DNA of 64,000 nt from Mobula hypostoma (GCF_963921235.1 NC_086126.1:12338001-12402000), one strand, 5' to 3'; numbered from the stretch's first letter, positions 24,728 through 38,581 are shown. Numbers and translations: made by a program. Notes: generated by a model from the letters alone, not told the origin.

Positions 24728-25485
24728 ATGACTGGCTGCATCACAGCCTGGCATGGGAACACCAAAACCTTCGAGTGGAAAATCCAACAAAATGTAGTGG
24801 ATTCGTCCCAGTCCATCGCGGGTAAAGCCATCCCCACCACTGAGCACGTCTACATGAAACATTGCCATCGGAGGCAAGCAGCATCCATTATCAGAGACCC
24901 CCACCACCCAGCTCATGCTCTCCTCTCGCTGCTGTCATCAGGTAGAAGGTACAAGAGCCTCAGAACTCACACCACGAGGTTCAGGAGTAGTTACTACCCC
25001 TCAACCATCAGGGTCTCCAACAAAAGGGGATAACTACATTCATCTATTGAGATGCCCCTACAACCAATCATATTACTTTAAGGACCCTTTATCTCATGTT
25101 CTCGTTATTTATTGATATTTGCATTTGCACAGTGTGTTGTCTTCTGCACTCCGGTTGATCTTTCACTGATCCAGTTTACAGTTACTATTCTATGGATTTG
25201 CTGAGTCTGCCCGCAGGAAAATGAATCTCAGGGTTGTATGTCGTGACCCTGATAATAAATTTCACTTTAGCTTTGACTACAGCTGATCGAATGTCCTGTA
25301 CACTCAATGACAACTACATCAGGTGCCTCCTGTATCTAAAAAAGTGTCCGCTGAGTGTATGTTCATGATCTTCTGCTGTAGCCCGTCCGCTTCGAGGTTC
25401 GACATGTTGTGTGTTCAGAGATGCTCTTCTGCACACTACTGTTGTAACACCTGGTTATTTGAACCAGTCTGGCCATTCTCCTCTT
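24728..25485. mobile_element. Rex1/Babar 3' fragment plus Tc1 remnant (unit start)
   Basis: ORF 24728..25033 is nearly identical to 930..1235(-). Confidence 0.75.
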
Positions 25486-26319
25486 GTAACGAGAACAAAG
25501 TTGCCACAGAGACACTGAATGAAGCTGGTGGATACAAAAGACTTTTATTCAACAAAATGAGACGCTCTCGGGGGAAGAGACCTCACGACCCAATACTCTG
25601 TGACATTTTTATATGCCAAAGATCAAAGCAAGAGCAGGACCATTCTATGGTTACAATGTATCTACATTTCTTCCTTTAGATTACATGTAGTTTGCAATCC
25701 CCTCCCTCATCGCACCCACACTCCAGACACCCACAATGTGTGTTAATCAGCGTTGTCCGGTTTGCAATCGACTACAGCGCACAGCTCAGGGAGAGTTATT
25801 GTTCAGGACTGCACTTTGAATTCAATCTACAATCCATGTTCAGGTCTGCAAATTGGTCGCTGGGCAAATTAATATTTGCCATATACCCCAACTCCAGAAT
25901 ACGCCCTACCACTCCAACCACTGATGAGTAAGGTGTTTTTTCCCACAGAACAGCCACTTACTGGATGTTTTGTTTCTGTTTTTCTGTGTTTCTTTGCACC
26001 ATTCTCTGAAACGAGGAGCGGTGAACAGGAGGGCGTTTTGTGCAAAAAATCATTCAGAACACCACTGCCAGCCTTTGAGAGAGAACATCATTCCTGCCGG
26101 ACCTAATCTGCAATGGCTTCCTGTATGTTTTGGAATTGATCTTAACGTTTCCTTACTTGTTTTAAAGTTCTTATGGTCTGGGATCGAAGTCTATATCAGA
26201 GAAGGTACATGAAAGGACCATTTTTGTTTTTAAACCCGCTGGAGCTCTCGGGACTTCACCCACTGGTCTCTTAATATTATTTTACAGTTCTCATGCCTTC
26301 TCTATTCTCCGTAACCTTC

Positions 26320-28458
26320 GATTCCCTGGCCATGACCACCTCATCTTCACCTTGGATGTTCAGCCTTTCTTCCTCCCTGCTCCACCGCCCCACCCCCAAT
26401 CAGGAAGGTTTCAAAGCCTTTCCGCTTCTTTCTTGACAGAAGAACCACCCAATCTCATTCCAACACCAGCCTCCTCCGCCTGGCGGACCTGGTCCGCACA
26501 CCTGTCTGTCTCTCCGAACCTGACGGGTAGCCAAAGGCGAGGGCACGGGCCCTACCTATGCCTGCCCGTTCATGTCGGCTGCACAGAACGGCCTATGCTC
26601 GAAGGCTTCCCTGGTTCTGAATCCCAGCTCCTCCCTCGCGGCACTGTCGACAACATCGGCGCCGTTTCATGCACCCACGCTCAGCTCTTCAATTGTATCA
26701 ACCTTGGCTCTAACTTCCACCCGGCCCTTACATTCACTTGGTTCATTTCCGACACCTCCCTCCCCTTTCTTGTTCTCTCTGTCTCTGTATACAAACAGTC
26801 AACAGATATCCTTTATAAAGCTGATCCCCATGGTTATCTTGACTATAACTCTGCCCACACCGTCTCCGGCAAAAGTGCTATTTGCATTTCTCAGTCTCTT
26901 CACCTTCAGGACGAGGCTTTCCAGTCCAAGACATCCGAGATGTCCTCCTTCTTTAAAGAACGCCCCCCTCCACTATTGATGCTGCCCTCACCCGCATCTC
27001 CTCCATTTCCCGATCATCCACGCTCACACACTCTTCCCGCTGCCTTAATAGTGATGGAGTCCCTTTTGTTCTTGCCTACCCCTCCATCAGCCTGCGCACC
27101 CAACACACCACCCTCCACAACTTCCACTGACCGCCTCCCCACCACGCAGCAATCCACTTTCCACAGGGATCGCTCCTTCCATAATTCCCTTGTCCATTCA
27201 TCCCTCCCCACTAATCTCCCTCCAGGCACTTATCCTTGCAACTGGCCTAACCTGCCCAGTCTCCTCCACTGAGGGCCCCAAACTGTCCTTCCAGGTGAGG
27301 CAGCACTTCACCTGCGAATCTGCTGGAGTCGTCCATTGTGTTTGGTGCTCCTGACGCAGCCTCCTCTACATCGGTGAGATCCATTGTCGACCGGGGGTGG
27401 GGGGAGTGAAAATATGGGAGAAAGTGTCAAACTCGAATGGGTCGAGGTTAGTGGAAACAGACAAACCAATTGTCTTTGCTTTTGCCATGTGCTTGACGGA
27501 ATGGAGTCCGCCATTTTGTGAGGTTGCCCTGTAGCCTCCATCTTGTGAACTGTTTGAGAACTGATACTTCCTCGGAGGTAAACGAATCAGAGCAGTTGAA
27601 CGTTGTGATAATGAGTTGCTGCTAAACCTGCGAACATTCTCAGATAAGCTGTGTGTTGAGTACAATGGCAGGTTTGCAGAAGTCGTCTTGGTACCTCGAC
27701 CCACTGTCTAAGTGACCTGGTTTGAACGAGAATAGAAGGAGACAAGAGAAGCTGTGTAGCTGTCTGACTATATCCAGTGGAAGGTGTTATAGGACAGTCA
27801 GTTGACGTTGACACTGAAAGCAACATTTGAACTGGAATGGAATGAAAAGAAAGCAGAGGCTTCAAATGCATCATAGCGATGACCTCGAAGAGTCATCATC
27901 GCAAGGAACAAAGTGCATGCCGGGGACTGGGAGAAGGGTCGATCTTCTGAACAATGGGAGATTCCCGATTGTTGTGATTAGAACTGGAGGAGCTGTTTGA
28001 ATGAGTATTGGTACACAGAGTAGAGTAGAATTCATGTTTTAAGTTGTTGGCCTGGTCACATTCTTGTTCTTGCAGAGGCGAAAAAGTGCAAGCTTCGACC
28101 AATTGCGAGTTACGTGGTGAGTTTCCCGGCCTGGTTCAGCTGACGAACAGTCAACACTGTAGGAAACTAGGAGGCCACTTCCAGCACCTGCACCACCACC
28201 ACCCCCGTCTGCCACAAGCGGGACTCGCCGTAGCCGAAACTCTTAATTCCGATTTCCATTCCCGTTTCCGTTCCAGCGTGTCCGACCATGGCCAAAGTAT
28301 GCCAAACTGAGTTCACTCTCAGGTTGGAGTAGAAACTCCTTATATTCCGTCTGGGAAGCTTCACCACAATGTCATGAATAATTTTCTCCTTGTGGTATAA
28401 AAACGTTCCCAACTCGGACCATTCACTTCTTATTACCTCCACCAGGGTCCCCTCCTCC
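26320..28458 (+). mobile_element. Degenerate PLE (RT and GIY-YIG); its 3' end continues at 32221-32550 after the CR1 insertion
   Basis: ORF 26352..27272 has PLE RT motifs (NFHPALTFTW.ISDTSLPFL, YLDY.S.H, QDEAF..KTSEMSSFFKER); RQHFTCESAGVVHCVWCS...LLYIGE follows. Confidence 0.75.
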
Positions 28459-28459
28459 T

Positions 28460-31400
28460 CTCGAGAGATTCTGACAGTTTTGGCAGTTGGTCTGTGCAAT
28501 CAAGTCAATCAAGATTTGAATAGTCAGCACTGAGCCGTTAATTAGACAATCAAGATTTGAATAGCTCAGACTCAGCAGAAAGCAGCTGATTGGGCAGTCG
28601 AGGTCAGGTGACCAAACATTTTGGAAAGCTCAAACAGATAAATAGAGGGACAGCTCAAGCGAAGCGGCCAGAGCGTGAGTGGGCCAGTGAAGGAGTGGAG
28701 ATTGGAGCCTTTGACTCGAGAGGCTTCGACGAGAAAAGGCGGAGGACAAGCTGGCTCGCAGTTAGTTTTTACAATGTCTCCTGAGACGGTGATGTGCCTC
28801 TCATGTGAGACGTGGCGGTCTTGGGGGAACGCCCCTCTCCCGCAGAGTCACATCTGCCAGAAGTGCATACGGCTGGGCGATCTGGAAGACCGTGTAAGGA
28901 ATCTGGAGCACCAGCTGGATGACCTTCGACTCAGAAGGGAGAATGAGGCAGTCATAGATGAGAGCTACAGGGAGATAGTCACACCTAGGCTGTCGGAAGC
29001 GGGTCGTTGGGTGACAGTCAGAAGGGGGAAAGCGAAGGTGAGCAGACAGGTAGTGTAGAGAACCCCTGTAGCCATTCCCCTGAATAATAAGTTTAGCGTC
29101 CTGGATACTGTCGGCGGGGACGACCGACCGGGTGTGAGCCACGGTTGCAGGGCCTACGGCACTGAGTCTGACCTTGTGGTGCAGAAGGGTGGGACGGAGA
29201 AGAGGAGAGCTGTCGTCATTGGAGACTCTATTGTCAGGGGAGCAGACAGGAGATTTTGTGGACGTGAGAAGGACACCCGCATGGTTTGTTACCTCCCGGG
29301 TGCCAGGGTCCGGGATGTCTCTGACCGGATGCATGACATCCTGGTACGAGAAGGAAAGCAACCACAATTCGTGATACATGTTGGGATAAACGACATAGGC
29401 AGGAAGAGGGATGAGGTCCTGAAGTGTGAGTTTCGGGAATTAAGCAGAAGGCTGAAGAACAGGACCTCGAGGATGACGTTCTCAGGATTGCTGCCAGTGC
29501 TACGTGACAGAGATGGTAAGAATTGGAGGAGATGGCAGTTGAATGCGTGGCTGAGGAGTTGGTGCAGGGAGCAGGGTTTTAGATTTTTAGATCATTGGGA
29601 TCTCTTCTGGGGAAGGTGGGACCTGTACAAATTGGATGGGTTGCACCTGAACTCCAGGGGGAGCAATATCCTTCTAGGTAATTTGCTAGCATGGTTCGGG
29701 AGGGTTTAAACTAATTTGCGAGGGGGATGGGACCCAGAGCGATAGAGCAGTGAAAGAAGTGCAAGGAGTAAAGCCAGATCTAACATACAGAGAGGCTTTG
29801 AGGAAAGAGAAGCAGAATAAACGGTGTAAAGACAGGAAGGTAGAAGGGCTGAAATGTGTGTACCTCAATGCAAGAAGCATCAAGAACAAAGGTGATGAAC
29901 TGAGAGCTTGGATACATACATGGAATTATGATGTAGTGGCCATTACAGAGACTTCGCTGGCACCAGGGCAGGAATGGGTTCTCAATATCCCATTATTTCA
30001 GTGTTTTAAAAGGGATAGAGAGGGCGGAAAAAGAGGAGGAGGGATGGCATTACTGGTCAGGGATACTATTACAGCTACAGAAAGTAGCTAGAGGCTAGAA
30101 CTTGCGGATGTGAATTGGGATGATGTTTTTGCAGGGAAATGTACTATGGACATGTGGTCGATGTTTAGAGATCTCTTGCGGGATGTAAGAGATAAAATTG
30201 TCCCGGTGAGGAAGATAAAGAATGGTAGGGTGAAGGAACCATGGGTGACAAGTGAGGTGGAAAATCTAGTCAGGAGGAAGAAGGCAGCATACATGAGGTT
30301 TAGGAAGCCAGGATCAGATGGGTCTATTGAGGAATATAGGGAAGCAAGAAAGGAGCTTAAGAAGGGGCTGACAGAGCAAGAAGGGGCATGAGAAGGCCTT
30401 GGCGAGTAGGGTAAAGGAAAACCCCAAGGCATTCTTCAATTATGTGAAGAACAAAAGGATGACAGGAGTGAAGGTAGGACCGATTAGAGATAAAGGTGGG
30501 AAGATATGCCTGGAGGCTGTGGAAGTGAGCGAGGTCCTCAATGAATACTTCTCTTCGGTATTCACCAATGAGTGGGAACTTGATGATGGTGAGGACAATA
30601 TGAGTGAGGTTGATGTTCTGGAGCATGTTGATATTAAGGGAGAGGAGGTGTTGGAGTTGTTAAAATACATTAGGACAGCTAAGTCCCCGGGGCCTGACGG
30701 AATATTCCCCAGGCTGCTCCACGAGGCGAGAGAAGAGATTGCTGAGCCTCTGGCGAGGATCTTTATGACCTCGTTGTCCACGGGAATGGTACCGGAGGAT
30801 TGGAGGGAGGCGAATGTTGTTCCTTTGTTCAAAAAAGGTAGTAGGGATAGTCCGGGTAATCATAGACCAGTGAGCCGTACGTCTGTGGTGGGAAAGCTGT
30901 TGGAAAAGATTCTTAGAGATAGGATCTATAGGCATTTGGAGAATCATGGTCTGATCAGGGACAGTCAGCATGGCTTTGTGAAAGGCAGGTCATGTCTAAC
31001 AAGCCTGATAAGAATTCTTTGAGGAGGTGACCAGGTACATAGATGAAGGTAGTGTAGTAGATGTGATCTATATGGATTTTAGTAAGGCATTTGACAAGGT
31101 TCCACACGGTAGGCTTATTCAGAAAGTCAGAAAGCATGGGATCCACGGGAGTTTGACCAGGTGCATTCAGAATTGGCTTGCCTGCAGAAGGCAGAGGGTG
31201 GTGGTGGAGGTAGTACATTCAGATTGGAGGATTGTGACTAGTGGTGTCTCACAAGGATCTATTCTGGGAACTCTACTTTTCGTGATTTTTATTAACGACT
31301 TGGATGTCGGGGTAGAAGGGTGGGTTGGCAAGTTTGCAGACGACACAAAGGTTGGTGGTGTTGTAGATAGTGTAGAGGATTGTCAAAGATTTCAGATAGA

Positions 31401-32220
31401 CATTGATAGGATGCCGAAGTGGGCTGAGAAGTGGCAGATGGAGTTCAACCCGGAGAAGTGTGAGGTGGTACACTTTGGAAGGACAAACTCCAAGGCAGAG
31501 TACAGAGTAAATGGCAGGATACTTGGCAGTGTGGAGGAGCAGACGGATCTCGGGGTACATGTCCACAGATCCGTGAAAGTTGCCTCACAGGTGGAAAAGG
31601 TAGTTAAGAAAGCTTATGGGGTGTTAGCTTTCAGAAGTCGAGGGATAGAGTTTTAGAGTCGCGATGTAATGGTGCAGCTCTATAAAACTCTGGTTAGGCC
31701 ACGCTTGGAGTATTGTGTCCAGTTTTGGTCACCTCAGTATAGGAAGGATGTGGAAGCATTGGAAAGGGTACAGAGGAGATTTACCAGGATACTGTCTTGT
31801 TTAGAGAGTATGGATTAGGATCAGAGATGAAGGGAGCTAGGGCTTTACTCTTTGGAGAGAAGGAGGATGAGAGGAGACATGATAGAGGTGTACAAGATAA
31901 TAAGAGGAATAGATAGAGTGGATAGTCAGCTCCTCTTCCCAAGGGCACCACTGCTCAATACAAGACGACATGGCTTTAAAGGGGGTGGGAAGTTCAAGGG
32001 GGATATTAGAGGAAGGTTTTTTACTCAGAGAGTGGTTGGTGCGTGGAATGCACTGCCTGAGTCAGTGGTGGAGGCAGATACACTAGTGAAGTTTAAGAGA
32101 CTACTAGACAGGTATATGGAGGAATCTCAGTTGAGGCTTATATGGGAGGCAGGGTTTGAGGGTCGGCACAACATTGTGGGCCGAAGGGCCTGTACTGTGC
32201 TGTACTATTCTATGTTCTAT
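28460..32220 (+). mobile_element. Near full-length CR1 LINE, inactive
   Basis: ORF1 from ATG 28774 (CxxC...CxxC, coiled coil, IPLNNKF, SGNH esterase VIGDS/HVGIND/DGLHL; stop at 29056). ORF2 has an APE start (YLNARSI) with an internal deletion near 30085 and RT motifs (KSPGPDG, DFSKAFD, FADD). TTCTATG tail. Absent from paralogous units. Confidence 0.92.
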
Positions 32221-32693
32221 CCCTTCCCTATGGTCCACTCTCCCCTCCCCTCTGGTTCCATCCTCTCTCCCATTCACCCGGCTTCACCTGTCACCTTCCA
32301 GCTAGCGTCTGTCCCATCCCTCCAGCTTCTTATCCAGCCGTCTTTCCCCTTCCCTCTCAGTCCTGAAGAAAAGATCTTGGCCCAAAACCTCTCTTTTCCA
32401 TAGTCCTGCTGAAGGGTCTTGGCCCGAAACGTCGATTATACTTTCTTTTTCCCCATGGATGCTGCCTGGCTTGCTGAGTTCCTGCAGCATTTTGTCTTTG
32501 TGTGTGCGTTGCTTTGGATTTCCAGCATCTGCTCCTTTCTCGTGTTTGCAATGTTACAAAAAGACGTGAGGAGATTGTGGATTTGGGTGCGGAAGTCCCG
32601 CAGAAGGATGACGTGGCCAGAGACGGGGGAGTGACCAGCGCAGGGCGGAGGAAAAGACGCCAGCACCTGTTATTTGCTTTACTGCGGAGGAAG

Positions 32694-34824
32694 ATGGGTT
32701 CGGTTCTGGTGGTGTTGGTGTTGATGTTGGGGGCGGTGGTGGTGGTGACGCCCTGCATGCCGGGCGGCCTCTGCCCGGTGCCCAAAGATGACCCCGGGGT
32801 GGTGAACGCGATCCGGGTAGCGGAGGAGGACTTCAACAGCAAATCCAGCGACTTGTTTCATACCGCGGTGTCGAATGTGATATCGGCTCAAAAACAGGTG
32901 ACGGGGAGAGAAATAGGAAGAGGAAAGGGGAAGGAGGAGAGGGGTAGGGGAGGGAGGAGGGGTTGGGGCCGTGGAAGCGGGGAGTAGAAGGGCAGAGTGA
33001 GGAGGGGGAGCCGGGGCATGGGGGAGCTGAGGGGAGGAGAGATGGGGAAGGGGGAGAGGGGGAGGAAGGGTAGATGGAGCAGGAGCAAGAGGAGGAGAGG
33101 GAGAAGGGTAGGGTGGGAGGAGGAGGGGAAGTGGGGAGTAGATGGGGAGGGGAACTGGGGAGGAGCGGGGCAGGGGAGATGCAATGCAGAGGGTGAGAGA
33201 GTGGGGGTAAGTGGGGAAAGGACAGGCTGGGGAGAGGAGGAGAAGTGGGGAGGAGAGGAGAGAAGGGGAAGAGTGGGGCAGGGGGAGGGGAGGAGCGGAT
33301 GAGAGCAGAGAAGGAGTGGATAAAATGGGTAGGAGGAATGGGAAAGAGGGGAACTGAGGGAGCAGGAAGATAGTGAGGGGGAGAGGGAGAAGTAGAGGGA
33401 GGGAGAGTAGGAGGAGGAGTGGGAGCGGGGGAAGATGGGGTGGAGGGGTAAGGGAGGGGCAAGAGGAGGGGAGGGTGGGGAGAAGGGTGTGGGGGAGAGG
33501 GAGAGGGAGAATACGGAGAATCTACAGAGAGATATGTATAGGTTAAGTCAGTAGGCAAATGTCTGTCAGATGGAGTACAATGTTGGTAAACACGAGGTCA
33601 TCCACTTGGGAATGGAAAAAGGAAGCAGATTATTATTTAAACGGTAAAAGATTGCAGCACGCTGCTGTGCAGAGGGACTTGGGAGGGCTTGCGCACGAAT
33701 CACGAAAGGTTGGTTTGCATGTACAGCAGGCTATCAAGAAGGCAAATGGGATGGTAGCCCTCATTGCTGGAGGGATTGAATTCAAGAGCAGGGAGGTTAT
33801 GCTGCAACTGTACTGGGTACTGGTGACGTGGCACCTGGAGTACTGCGGGCAGTTCTGGTCTCCTTGCTTGAGGAAGGATATACTGGCTTTGGAGTTTCAC
33901 CATGTTGAGACTAGAGAGGAGGATGTGAGACTATAAGCAGAGATCGAATCGCCTGGGACTGTACTTGCTGGAATTCAGAAAAATGAGAAGAAACCTTAGA
34001 GAAAAATGCAATTATAAAAGAGATAGAGGCAGGAAAGTTGTTTCCACTGGCAGGTGAGACTAGAACTAGGGGACATAGCCTCAAGATTCGGGGGAGTAGA
34101 TTTAAGACAGAGATGAGGAGGAACTGCTTTTCCCAGAGAGTGGTGAATCTGTGGAATTCTCTGTCCAATGAAGCAGTGCAGGCTGCCTCAGTAAATATAT
34201 TTAAGACAAGGTTGGATAGATTTTTGCATAGCAGGGGAATTAAGGTTATGGGGAAAAGGCAGGTGGGTGGAGATGAGTCCATGGTCAGCTCAGTCGTGAT
34301 CTTATTGAGTGGCGGAGCACCCTCGACGGGCCAGATGGCCGACTCCTGCTCCTATTTCTTATGACCAGCAGAGTAAAGGTGGTGGGTGTGTGTAGATGGG
34401 TGACCACTCCTGGCTTGATACACACAGACACCCTGTAGAGATGTTTTGAGGCCTTTCTGATTGTAAGGTGCTCTTGCAGGTGGTGGCGGGGTTCCTGTAC
34501 TATCTCACCCTGGAGCTGAAAACTACCGTCTGCAGGAAGAGTTCTGTTTCCCGGAACTGTCCCTTCCACGAGGATCCTCAATATGCCAAGGTGAGCGATC
34601 AGTGCACTGGTGGTCTCGGGAGTGAGGGGCTGGGGTCCTGTCCCCAGGGACACTGGAACCTGGTGGGGATTCATGAATCTGCTGGGGTACCGGCGGGAAA
34701 CTCTTTTAATACTGGCCTCTGCTTTTCCCCGCAGACAATGACCTGTAAATTTCAAGTCTTGGAGCAACCGTGGGTGGGGCCCACGCAGGTGACTGAATCT
34801 TCTTGCTCCAGGACGGCCAAGTGA
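32694..34824 (+). CDS. Cystatin A3, intact canonical type-2 cystatin (cystatin C-like), 134 aa; exons 32694-32897, 34480-34590, 34735-34824
   Basis: Signal peptide, PGG, QVVAG, QPW, Cys pattern TTVCRK...NCPFH and TC...SC, GT-AG phase-0 introns at typical cystatin positions. Confidence 0.92.
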
Positions 34825-36918
34825 CCGGTCTGTAGGACCCCGGCGGCACACAGCGTGGCTCGCACCGCTCAGCTAAAGCAATAATTCTGATCACCAGGTC
34901 AAATGGATACGAATACAGCACTTTACCACGGCCCGGGGCGCCTCGTAATGCAATCTCTACAACGCATACAGACAAACGTGCATGTTTATACCCTCGCTCG
35001 CTAATTTACATTCCCCGGGCTAATATCCGTCTCTCTGTCATAAGCCATTCACCCCCGGGGAGAAACACAGCATTTTGTCCGAGTTCCCCTCACTTAAGGT
35101 CGCCTGTGGGAATTCAGAGTTCTGTCGCAAACTCGAGGAAATGGTTGAAATTCACCAGATGCACCCTAAAGATATATACGTGTTAGTGAAAGCGAAGTGC
35201 CCGAGGAAGCTGCGGGACAGGATGTCCCGTGGGGTGCAAGTAGTATCTGGGTTTCAACTCACGGACTGACGGCTTATTAACATAATTGTATAATTTAGCT
35301 GCAAATGTATGTTTTTATTCTTGCGCAATAAAGCTTTTGCATTCTGAGTCTGCCTGTGTTTGCAATGTTAACAGGGTAACTCGGTGAATTAGGTCGACCC
35401 AGCACTGACCACCACGGACTATAGTGAGCTCAGCGATCGTGGTTAGACCCAGCATCTCGATAGGAGCGACGGGTCTTAGTCAGCGGTGTAATTTCAAATG
35501 TGGCGGGTGGGTGTGAGACCAGAGGACTCGGCCACAAATAGATGGCCGTCCTTTTTGGAGGGAGAGCAGTAATTTCTTCAGCCAGAGAGTAGTGAATCTG
35601 TGGAATTCGTTGCCACAGGCAAGCCTTTAAGTACGTTTAAGACAGAGATTGATAGATTCTCGACTGGTCAGGGTATGAAGTAACACGGGGAGAAGGCAGG
35701 AGATTGAGGGCTGGGAGAGAAAATGATGAAATGGCGGAGGAGATTCGACGGGCCAAATGGCCTAAATTCTGCCTTTATATCTCACGGCCTTATAAAGTGT
35801 ATTGATCATGAAAAATGTACCGTTTCAGGTTCTAATCAGGAACACTCTCCAGAGCCTCAATGTCCTTCCTCTAGTGGGGAAACCAGAACTATCCGCAATA
35901 CTCCAGATCTGAGTTTTATGAAGTCTGTCACTCTCACCGGGTGAAGACTTTTCTCACATTCAGACATGAAAGTGTTCATTAACTTAACGTCGACAAAATC
36001 TCCAACCCCGGTCCTACTCCCCTTCACCTCCTCATCCCAACCCGTTACCCACGACTCAGTTCTTGCCAAAATCCATTTCATCCTGTCACTTCGCTTCCCG
36101 ATCTGAACTTACCGTCGGCTGCACTCAGTCACAAACCACCGGCCCCCATCAGGCTCGTTGTCAGCGGCGACGATATCCAGACCACACTGCGGTTTCTTCC
36201 CCGAAGGGAAAAGACGCATTCTTTCCTCTGCCCCCGGCCCACCTGGCTTCACCCGTCGCCTTTCATCTTATCCTCATTCCCACGACATGTTTTTATATTC
36301 TGGCCCCTTCCCTTCCTCTCCAGCCCTGATGAAGGGTCTCGGCCCGACACGACGTCTGTTTATTCCTTTCCATAGATGCTGGGTTCCTTCACCATTTTGC
36401 GTGTATATTAGTGAGGGGTTTAGGGAGAAAGGGTCGGGTGGAAGATGGAAGGGAGTTTGGGGATGAAGTGGGGAAGAGATGGGAGGGAAAGCTGAGCGCT
36501 GTCGAGAGGAGAGTCGGGTAGGAGTGAAGGAGAGGACGAGTCGGGGAGCCGAAGGATTGTTGGAGTGTATGGAGATGTTGAAGGAGGGGGAGCGGTGCTC
36601 CCACAGAAGAGCTCCTGTGCAGGGGAGGTGGGGCGGGAGTGGTGGAGGTTGAACAGCAGGGAAGAAGTGGTGGGTGGCCACTCGCCGTACCCTCCCGGTC
36701 GGATACAGGCACCCCCTTTTACAGAGCTTTAGAGGGGTTTTCCTCACCAGACTTGTATCAGGAGCCCAGACTGCCGTCCTTCCCTATCGAGCCCGGGCAC
36801 TGGCTGTGCCAGCACGGCCCTGAGGCCTGGAGCGTGGCAGTCGGTACCATTCCCCAGTAGCCCGATGTAGGATGTTTTCATCTTACCCCGCGCCTCTGAC
36901 GGTAGGGTGCTCTTCCAG

Positions 36919-37235
36919 GGTGTAGAGCGGATAATTTACCGTGTTTCCCGGGAGCTGAGGACCCCCACCTGCAAGAAGACTGCGCTTGATATCCCGGACG
37001 TTCCCTTCCACAGGAGTCCTCTATATGCCAAGGTGATCGAACTGTGCGACGCTGGTCAGCGGGAGAGAGGGTGGTTTCATGAATCTGCCGGGGTACCGGC
37101 GAGGAAACTCTACTGGCTCCAGTTCTTTTTCTCTCTCACTCTCCGCTGAGAATCAGCTGTGGATTTAAAGTCTGGGACCGCACGTGGCTCGGGCCGGTGC
37201 AGGTGATTGAAGAGCAGTGCGTCAGGGTGGCAAAG
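36919..37235 (+). pseudogene. Cystatin B3 (exon 2 36919-37032; exon 3 37149-37235)
   Basis: GVERIIYRVSRELRTPTCKKTALDIPDVPFHRSPLYAK (one Cys lost); exon 3 acceptor mutated and stop lost. Confidence 0.8.
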
Positions 37236-37339
37236 TTCCGGACTCTAGGACCGCTGCGGTGCACACAGCTCTGCTGAAGCAATACCCCAGACTCCAGGTC
37301 AAACGGATACTAACACAGCACATTCTGCGCGTGCGCGTG

Positions 37340-37387
<48 letters not shown>

Positions 37388-37639
37388 TACACTCTATCAC
37401 TAACATACATACATTCCCCGGGCCTCTCTCTCTCTTTCTCTCTCACACACACACCAAGTTTGAGTTGGAACTCTTGGACAATCGCTCGTCATGGACATCA
37501 AGGGGCCAAGTAACCCGCTTCTGTGCTCGACCGCTGTACGTTCTACGTTCGGTAGTATCTGTGTTTCAACTCACCGGCTCACCAGTTATTACCATAATTG
37601 TATAATTAAGCCGCAGATGTATGTCTATATATATCTATA

Positions 37640-37686
<47 letters not shown>

Positions 37687-37699
37687 ATATATATATATA

Positions 37700-38544
37700 T
37701 ACAAACACGAAGAATCCTGCAGATGCTGGAAAATCAAGCAATACACATCAAAGTTGCTGGTGAACGCAGCAGGCCAGGCAGCATCTCTGGGAAGAAGTAC
37801 AGCCAACGTTTCTGCCCGAGACTCTTCGTCAGGACTAACTGAAGGAAGAGCTAGTAACAGATTTGAAAGTGGGAAGGGCAGGGGGAGATCCAAAATGATA
37901 GAAGACAGGAGGGGAAGGCATGGAGCCAAGAGCTGGACAGGTGATTGGCAAAAGGGATATGAGAGGATCATGGCATCTCCCAATGGCCACACATTTTAAT
38001 TCCACATCCCATTCCCATTCTGATATTTCTATCCACGGCCTCTTCTACTGTAAAGATGAAGCCACACTCAGGTTGGAGGAACAACACCTTATATTCCGTC
38101 TGGGTAGCCTCCAACCTGACGGCATGAACATTGACTTCTCTAACTTCCGCTAATGCCCCACCTCCCCCTCGTACCCCATACGTTATTTATTTATATACAC
38201 ACATTCTTTCTCTCCCTCTCCTTTTTCTCTCTCTGTCCCGCTAAATATACCCTTTGCCCATCCTCTGGGTTTCCCCCCTCCCCCTTTTCCTTCTCCCTGG
38301 GCCTCTTGTCCCATGATCCTCTCATATCCCTTTTGCCAATCACCTGTCCAGCTCTTGGCTCCATCCCTCCCCCTCCTGTCTTCGCCTATCATTTTGGATC
38401 CCCCCGTCCCCCTCCCACTTTCAAATCTCTTACTAGCTCTTCCTTCAGTTCGTCCCGACGAAGGGCCTCGGCCCGAAAAGTCGACTGTACCTCTTCCTAG
38501 AGATGCCGCCTGGCCTGCTGCGTTCACCAGCAACTTTGATGTGA

Positions 38545-38545
<1 letters not shown>
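37700..38545. mobile_element. Inverted PLE-end pair in the B3 3' UTR
   Basis: HLPMATHFNSTSHSHSDISIHGLFYCKDEATLRLEEQHLIFRLGSLQPDGMNIDFSNFR* (GIY-YIG C-terminus); flanked by (ATCT)n and (TA)n; AATAAA at 38594. Confidence 0.8.

Positions 38546-38581
<36 letters not shown>

Noticed and set aside
26352-27272. 306-aa ORF as a host gene (also 49345-50148 and 61798-62499)
   Set aside because: Decayed Penelope-like RT with the catalytic YIDD motif degraded.
32694-34824. Assigning the symbol CST3 or CST7
   Set aside because: Cystatin C-like overall, but orthology within an expanded array cannot be set without phylogeny and synteny.
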